Source: a virus | Taxonomy: Duplodnaviria > Heunggongvirae > Uroviricota > Caudoviricetes | Virus record (IMG/VR): IMGVR_UViG_2531839433_000004 | Strand: one strand, 5' to 3' | Length of the DNA: 23,310 nucleotides | Shown: positions 17,481 through 23,310 of the stretch, one piece after another | Layout: every line of letters starts with the position of its first letter | How positions within the stretch are numbered: position 1 is the stretch's first letter | The notes under the pieces: model-generated | The model's database searches: none | Seen by the model: the letters and a program-made list of their open reading frames with translations, nothing else | Told to the model about the DNA's origin: nothing | Position numbers and translations under genes: made by a program

Positions 17481-17840
17481 TAGTTTTGTGATATGCCGCA
17501 GAAACGTTATATGCAATAACGTGCTGCGGTTGGCTGATGTACTTTCGAGAGTGTATTGAATAATTTCCAACCGTCATTAATTTTATTTATTTTTTGTATG
17601 AGAGGATTTGAACCTCCGAGCCTCGACACCTTATGACAACGCGATATTGCCTTGATGACCGCCATGTGCCAAAATAACCAATTGATAAATAAGTTGATTT
17701 TAATTGGTTGGAAGCAAGTCAGGTCAAATTCAGCATTCCGCTCTCTGTATCGGATAGTTAAATTTTTCTATAACTGATAGTAATATGTTAAAACTCACAC
17801 AGATAAATTATCATTGCTCAACAAGTATAATGGAGTTCCC

Positions 17841-19796
17841 GTGGATACAGCAGAACATGATGGCAAGTTTGCTTGGGCTAGTTTTTATGAGGCTTTTGCC
17901 AACGCGTTACTGACTTGGCGAAATCGTAGAGATGAATTAGTCAAAGGTATTCATCTAATTGCCTCGGGTGTGGAAGGAATGTCCCATCTGCAGGACAAAT
18001 CTATTATGGGAGAGATCTTTCCCTTAAAAGACATTTGTCCGTTTACTACTATGGGCTTGTTCAATCGTAACTTGACCGACAGCAATCGCAAAATTATTGC
18101 TGCCAAGCTAGCGAATTTGTTGGGCGTGAACGAACCGATTCCTGACTCCTTTGCCGGAATCCCTCTGTTGAATAACCAAAAATCTTGGTTCTTTGGTTAT
18201 GAAAAGTCACGCGACCCTAATGACATTGAATGCTTGTGGGAAATGTTCTCACAGGCAATGACCTTTGCGGATAACCAGAATACTAACTCTGCAGACTTCA
18301 CTGCCGCATATGACATCGCTTCTACAGTAATGAATGTCGGTTGGAATCTCACCATGGGGTTGTACTGGACCCGTCCTTGGTTCTACCCCACTTTAGATAG
18401 CCAGTCGCAGTATTACATTCAGACAGTGTTAAACATTAAGATCATTAAAAACGGGGCAAAAGGTCGCTGTAGTGGACAAAGTTACCTGAGTCTTATGCGG
18501 GCGCTGAACGAGGTCTTTACCCAACCAAACTATCCGGTTCATTCTTTCCCAGAACTTTCCTTATCAGCGTGGAATACAGATCTTAGCCAGTCTAAAGATG
18601 AGGTGGCAAATAGAACGTGGAAAGCCTCTTTACTGAATAAAATTAAGGCGTTATGCCTGAAAAAAAATGGCCCTTATTTCACTGCTTCGGAGTTGGAAGA
18701 AAACTACTTGGACGTTTTCAAGGTAGAGCATCCTGAGAGCAAAACTGTTACAAGCTCAATCTACTTTTATCTACAGAAACTATGCAATGATGATGAGTTA
18801 AAGTCCCTCGAGTCCGGAAATTATGAATACCTGAATTTTGAGAAAAACGAATCCCAGACGATAACTGAGGAAACTGTCGAAGAGAGTGCGCTGTCGCCAA
18901 AACTCACCCACGTTCCTTATGATATCAGTCATCTGGTGCAGGATGGCTGTTTCTTGGAAGAGGCTAAGATCCAACTCACACTTCAGCGCCTGATCGACAA
19001 GAAAAACCTGATATTACAAGGACCACCCGGAACTGGAAAAACTTGGTTAGCGCGACGTCTGGCGTACTGCTTGATGGGAGAAAAAGCACCTGAGCGTATT
19101 AGCGCGGTGCAATTTCACCCGAACCTCTCTTACGAAGACTTTATTCGCGGCTGGCGTCCAGGTAAAGAAGGGCAATTGACGCTAATTGATGGACCTTTTG
19201 TAAATGCAATCAAAACTGCAGTCAATAATCCTACCTCGAAATATGTGGTGATAATTGAAGAGATTAATCGTGGCAATCCGGCGCAAATCTTCGGTGAAAC
19301 ACTCACGTTGATGGAAGCAGATAAACGCACGCCGACTGAGGCATTATCTCTTTCCTATCCTAAAAATGCTGATGAAAAAATATACATTCCTGAGAATCTA
19401 TATATCATCGGTACGATGAATATTGCAGACCGCTCACTCGCACTACTTGACCTAGCGCTGCGCCGTCGTTTCGCGTTTATCGATCTAAAGCCAGCTTTTA
19501 ATGACGCGTGGAGAAACTGGGTAAATTATAATTACGCAATTGATTTTGACATGTTAGCATTCATCAAATCTCGACTGACGGTATTAAACGATATGCTGGC
19601 AAAAGATGTTACCTTAGGACCACAGTTTTGTATCGGTCACAGCTATGTCACCCCAGCTATCGGCCAAAAAATCAACGATGCCCAGGCTTGGTATGAACAA
19701 GTCGTTGATACAGAGATCTGCCCTTTGCTCGCCGAATATTGGTTCGATGCTCCAAATAAAGTCGATGAAGCCAGAAAAGTGTTATTAGCAAAATGA
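17841..19796 (+). CDS. mcrB: McrB-like AAA+ GTPase with a ~390-aa unrecognised N-terminal domain
   Basis: C-terminal half carries Walker A LILQGPPGTGKTW, VVIIEEINRGNPAQIFGE, and IIGTMNIADRSLALLDLALRRRFAFIDL, as in E. coli McrB. GTG start at 17841 with GGAG 5 nt upstream; the ORF track opens at a TTG at 17814. Confidence 0.85.
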   Translation: MDTAEHDGKFAWASFYEAFANALLTWRNRRDELVKGIHLIASGVEGMSHLQDKSIMGEIFPLKDICPFTTMGLFNRNLTDSNRKIIAAKLANLLGVNEPIPDSFAGIPLLNNQKSWFFGYEKSRDPNDIECLWEMFSQAMTFADNQNTNSADFTAAYDIASTVMNVGWNLTMGLYWTRPWFYPTLDSQSQYYIQTVLNIKIIKNGAKGRCSGQSYLSLMRALNEVFTQPNYPVHSFPELSLSAWNTDLSQSKDEVANRTWKASLLNKIKALCLKKNGPYFTASELEENYLDVFKVEHPESKTVTSSIYFYLQKLCNDDELKSLESGNYEYLNFEKNESQTITEETVEESALSPKLTHVPYDISHLVQDGCFLEEAKIQLTLQRLIDKKNLILQGPPGTGKTWLARRLAYCLMGEKAPERISAVQFHPNLSYEDFIRGWRPGKEGQLTLIDGPFVNAIKTAVNNPTSKYVVIIEEINRGNPAQIFGETLTLMEADKRTPTEALSLSYPKNADEKIYIPENLYIIGTMNIADRSLALLDLALRRRFAFIDLKPAFNDAWRNWVNYNYAIDFDMLAFIKSRLTVLNDMLAKDVTLGPQFCIGHSYVTPAIGQKINDAQAWYEQVVDTEICPLLAEYWFDAPNKVDEARKVLLAK

Positions 19797-20914
19797 CGAC
19801 AATAACCGGGAGTGAGCAACATACAGCATCACGTATTCCCATGCGAAATATCTGGATGCTGATGCTGTACGCTTCAGATCTGTTTCGCCAGTTAGGGCGC
19901 AATCAGATCGCAGTAGAAGATAACCCAGCAGAAATCCCCGACCTGGTGGCGACAATCCTCCTTCATGAGATTACGCTGCGCCGACGTCGCAATTTAAATA
20001 TGGGATACCAAACTTGTCATGCGGCCCTGAACCGGGTGAGAGGGCGCATTGACATACTGTATACTGCCAGTCATCAACTGCTGGAACGGGGACAGGTTGC
20101 CTGCCATTTTCAAGACATAACCCTCAACACCCCCCGAAATCGCTATGTTCGCTGTGCGTTAGAACGTCTGGCCTCAATCATAGTGAAACCGTCTTTGGCG
20201 GCAGATTGCCATTTTATGGCAATATCACTTCGCCGTGAGGGGATAAATGGAGGATATCCTGCCCCCCACGAATTACCCTCAGTGTGGCGTTTTGGACGCC
20301 ATGATGCCGCAGATAAACCGATGGTCGATGCCGCACGATTAGCTTTTGAACTGCTGATGCCGACCGAAGATCAAGGCCAATATCTTTTACCTGCGCCCTC
20401 AAATAACCTTTACTGGATGAGAAGACTATTTGAAAAAGGTATCGCTGGCTTATATCGTGTACACCTTGACAAAACAACTTGGCAGGTCTCTGCAGGGAAA
20501 GAGCTGAAATGGGCGTTGAGCGATCAAAGTGCAGGTAGTGCAGAGATTTTCCCGACAATGAAGTCAGACATTATTCTGGAACACAAGACTGCCCAGCGGC
20601 GTATTATTATCGATACCAAATTTAATTCGATTCTGACAAAGGGTTGGCATCGGGAGCAATCACTACGTAATGGCTATATTTATCAGCTATATACCTACCT
20701 TAGAACACAGGAGAACAAGACGGATCCGCTTTCGCTCAATGCCGCTGGTCTTCTACTTCATCCAGCTGTTGGCTATATGCTTAATGAGTATGTTGTCACT
20801 CAGGGACATAAGATCCATTTTGCTACAGTAGATATGACGGTAGATGCTAAAGCAATTAAAAAACAATTGCTGGCAATAGCCCATGATTGTGCAGGAGTCG
20901 CGGTTGATGACTAA
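19793..20914 (+). CDS. mcrC: McrC-like PD-(D/E)xK nuclease subunit
   Basis: Start overlaps the mcrB-like stop (ATGA, translational coupling). The segment RRIIIDTKFNSIL...YIYQLYTYL is consistent with the McrC nuclease core. Confidence 0.8.
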   Translation: MTTITGSEQHTASRIPMRNIWMLMLYASDLFRQLGRNQIAVEDNPAEIPDLVATILLHEITLRRRRNLNMGYQTCHAALNRVRGRIDILYTASHQLLERGQVACHFQDITLNTPRNRYVRCALERLASIIVKPSLAADCHFMAISLRREGINGGYPAPHELPSVWRFGRHDAADKPMVDAARLAFELLMPTEDQGQYLLPAPSNNLYWMRRLFEKGIAGLYRVHLDKTTWQVSAGKELKWALSDQSAGSAEIFPTMKSDIILEHKTAQRRIIIDTKFNSILTKGWHREQSLRNGYIYQLYTYLRTQENKTDPLSLNAAGLLLHPAVGYMLNEYVVTQGHKIHFATVDMTVDAKAIKKQLLAIAHDCAGVAVDD

Positions 20915-21614
20915 CCATCCTATAGGGCACTGGCTGTAATATAATCAATAGTTTCAATTAAGTAGCTGTTATCCGTGCTTAGTCATCATATGACGCACCA
21001 CGGTCTAATTTTCCTGCTCATACATTGATATATCCTTGTCGTGCCCGGAAAGTCGCAGTCCACTATGAGGTATACCGATTGCCAGCACCAAAAGCTTCTT
21101 TGTGATTATTATATCGGGGAATGCCTATTTTTTTAGTGACAATATCAGATAGCAATTAATAAGCGGTGCCGGTAATGGATGTTATGTTTAATGTATAGAC
21201 ACAGCCATCATAAACTAAACGTCTGTTGTTCGCTCATAACCGACATTTATCTCAGTTATGGAGGATAATTATGTATGCAGATAATGGGGCAGACAGTCGT
21301 GGAGTAAACAAGGTTTTGCACTGCTTGGCGGCATCGTTATCTTATTTTTAATTATGTGCCTCTTAACATAAGTTGGGACAAAACAGAGACACATAAGGTC
21401 TCACAAAGGTCTGCAAGGCCTCACATGTATTGAGATGTTAATAAAATGTAGACTTGTAATTTGGATATAAATGGTAGAGAAAACCTTTCCCCAAAATAAA
21501 AACGAACGTCAATGAAATCAAACGGTTGAATAAAGTTAATTTTGGCTAATAAAAAGACAATAAAATAATTTTTATCATTAAATATCAATGACTTGAATTC
21601 ATGGTTTTTATATA

Positions 21615-21779
21615 CTGCTGCGCCATATGGGTTGGACTGAAGCGGCTGACCTGATTGTTAAAGGTATGGAAGGCGCAATCAATGCCAAGACCGTAACTTA
21701 TGACTTCGAACGTCTGATGGAAGGCGCTAAGCTGCTGAAATGTTCAGAGTTTGGTGAAGCGATCATCGAAAACATGTAA
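21615..21779 (+). pseudogene. icdC: 165-bp 3' fragment of icd (isocitrate dehydrogenase), icdC-like, marking the prophage/host junction
   Basis: Translates to [54 protein letters not shown], the ICD C-terminus. Upstream sequence lacks icd homology. Confidence 0.85.
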
Positions 21780-21802
21780 TCTCTCCATGTGTTAAATATT
21801 GA

Positions 21803-21834
21803 AACGGGCGTATAACACGCCCGTTGTTTTATTT
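21803..21834 (+). terminator. icd intrinsic terminator
   Basis: AACGGGCGT-ataac-ACGCCCGTT followed by GTTTTATTT. Confidence 0.6.
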
Positions 21835-21881
21835 ATGTGGATATTATTAATAGCATATCGAGCATATTTATATGAAGCCCA

Positions 21882-22205
21882 TTACTTGAGCCCATATGGG
21901 CATATTTTTATAATGCAACTATTATGTAAACATTTATTTGTTATTTTGCTTTCTCCTGGAGGACACTCTTGACTGCTTTTGAGTAAACTCCATAAATCCT
22001 TGTTGAATGGTGCGATGTGATAAATAGTAATAGGATATTCTTTATCCTTAAGGATAATACCAGACTTAACCGGTGTAAATATACTGCCAGGAGGGAGAAA
22101 TATAGTAGATTGATACCAGATGATCATTTTCATATTACCCCATATGGCTGAAAAAGATATACCACATGTAGGTTGAATTACCGTGTCAATTACTATCCAC
22201 TTCAT
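21882..22205 (-). CDS. iraM: Anti-adaptor protein IraM (RssB inhibitor)
   Basis: 107-aa [41 protein letters not shown]... matches E. coli IraM/YcgW as recalled. A/T-rich gene. Confidence 0.75.
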   Translation of the reverse strand: MKWIVIDTVIQPTCGISFSAIWGNMKMIIWYQSTIFLPPGSIFTPVKSGIILKDKEYPITIYHIAPFNKDLWSLLKSSQECPPGESKITNKCLHNSCIIKICPYGLK

Positions 22206-22645
22206 TTGTTATGTCTTATCCCACGGTATTTAATATGGTTCATTAGGATGTTTATTTCTTGATTTTGCATATGAGTATATTACCCCCCCCCTCAAAAAAA
22301 TAAATTAATTAAAATGATGGCTTATATAAAATAAAATTTAAAGCAAGGAATCTCAATGGATGTTAAACAAAATGAGATTTTGTGAAAGCAATAAATTATT
22401 GACTTCGTTTTAGATTTGTTTAGCTATAATGTTATACATTCAAATGACTGAACATCCTGTAATTAAAACATAGCCTTTATGCTACTTTGTGCCAATTTGC
22501 TAAACATTATGGTTGCCTTTTTATATAACGATAATAATGAATATAAGCATGACATGAGAATAAGGTTTCAATTTTTGAGTTATATAGGAATGATTTAACC
22601 TGTTCCTGGCTAAAATACATATAACCGGATGATGACTAAACCAAA

Positions 22646-22700
22646 ATACATGTGCGTTAAGTATTGAAACGGACGTGTGGCACGGCCGTTGTTTTTATAA
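22646..22700 (+). terminator. Degenerate second copy of the icd 3' end and terminator hairpin
   Basis: CATGTGCGTTAAGTATTGAAACGGACGTGTGGCACGGCCGTTGTTTTTAT aligns with CATGTGTTAAATATTGAAACGGGCGTATAACACGCCCGTTGTTTTAT at 21786..21832. Confidence 0.45.
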
Positions 22701-22905
22701 ATATGTTAACCGTTATAAAATAACGTATCAAAAGTCAAGTGATCACATTTCAAATATCAAGTTGATAGTATTAGTCTGGTGATTATTTATGGGTGACAAT
22801 AAAAAGACAGTATTAATCATCCATAGAGATAGTCTCTGCACTTTTATTTCCATTATGCTAATGCCTTACTGAATTATGAAGCATTTCTTAAGTATCCAAC
22901 TTTAG

Positions 22906-23310
22906 CTAGATTAATGGTTTATTATTTTCTACATCTTCAATATATAAAAGCGTATTATCAATGGCGTAGTAACTGCGTTTGTTATGATTAACATCAGTAA
23001 CCCACCGGAAAACGCCCGCGCCTGCCAGTGTTGAACAGTATTCCCGAAATGTAGATTTTCCGCAAATATGAAGCAATGCGGCCTCTTTTATTTTAGCAGG
23101 GTTCTTGGTCGTACTAACTTTTAACAGGTTCCTGGTTCCTCTTAATAACAAAACCGTATCATCGTGAGTAATAATTCTGATGTTATCCGTAGCCAGATAA
23201 TAAATGTAATGTGCAATACGGTGATGTTTTAATTCTGAATAAAACCAGGAGAAGTTTTGCTCTTTTCTCACTTGCTCAAACATCTTTTGAAAAACAACGA
23301 CCTGATCCAT
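22906..23310 (-). CDS. ycgX: YcgX (DUF1398-family) host protein
   Basis: 134-aa MDQVVVFQKMFEQVRKEQNFSWFYSELKHHRIAHYIYYLATDNIRI... matches E. coli YcgX as recalled. Start codon sits at the window edge. Confidence 0.75.
   Translation of the reverse strand: MDQVVVFQKMFEQVRKEQNFSWFYSELKHHRIAHYIYYLATDNIRIITHDDTVLLLRGTRNLLKVSTTKNPAKIKEAALLHICGKSTFREYCSTLAGAGVFRWVTDVNHNKRSYYAIDNTLLYIEDVENNKPLI

Noticed and set aside
17590-17660. tRNA-like T-arm motif on the minus strand (GGAGG-TTCAAAT-CCTCT), possibly a tRNA 3' remnant marking an integration site
   Set aside because: No acceptor stem, D-arm or anticodon arm could be paired by hand, and the putative 3' acceptor strand (CATACAA, no CCA) is atypical for E. 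coli tRNAs. Most likely a chance hairpin; a tRNA scan would be needed to revive it.
19130-20558. Minus-strand ORFs 19130..19330, 19672..19902 and 20214..20558
   Set aside because: Antisense to the McrB-like and McrC-like genes.

Overview
The window is almost entirely a defective lambdoid prophage inserted at the 3' end of icd; positions 1..~21614 are prophage and ~21615..23310 are host (icd 3' remnant, iraM, ycgX). Reading left to right: a lambda-type integrase split by an IS629-like IS3-family element; xis and small early genes; a near-lambda Red module (exo, bet, gam); an immunity region (cI with a downstream lipoprotein gene, divergent cro, YdaT-like gene); a replication module (O with internal ori iterons, P); an MT-A70 adenine methyltransferase gene killed by a nonsense codon; a low-GC two-gene insertion (343-aa protein with a PRTase-like motif plus a NADAR-domain protein); nin genes (ninB-like, ninE-like, truncated ybcO-like). 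At 13806..13808 the nin region is joined to an inverted late segment (SAR endolysin, pinholin, divergent porin, Q antiterminator), followed by a tail-fibre-assembly gene remnant and a McrBC-like GTPase/nuclease pair whose McrB homologue carries an unrecognised ~390-aa N-terminal domain. No terminase, head or tail genes are present. The two candidates for an undescribed system are the PRTase-like/NADAR pair and the McrBC-like pair. All calls rest on reading the six-frame translations and on remembered protein families; no searches were run.
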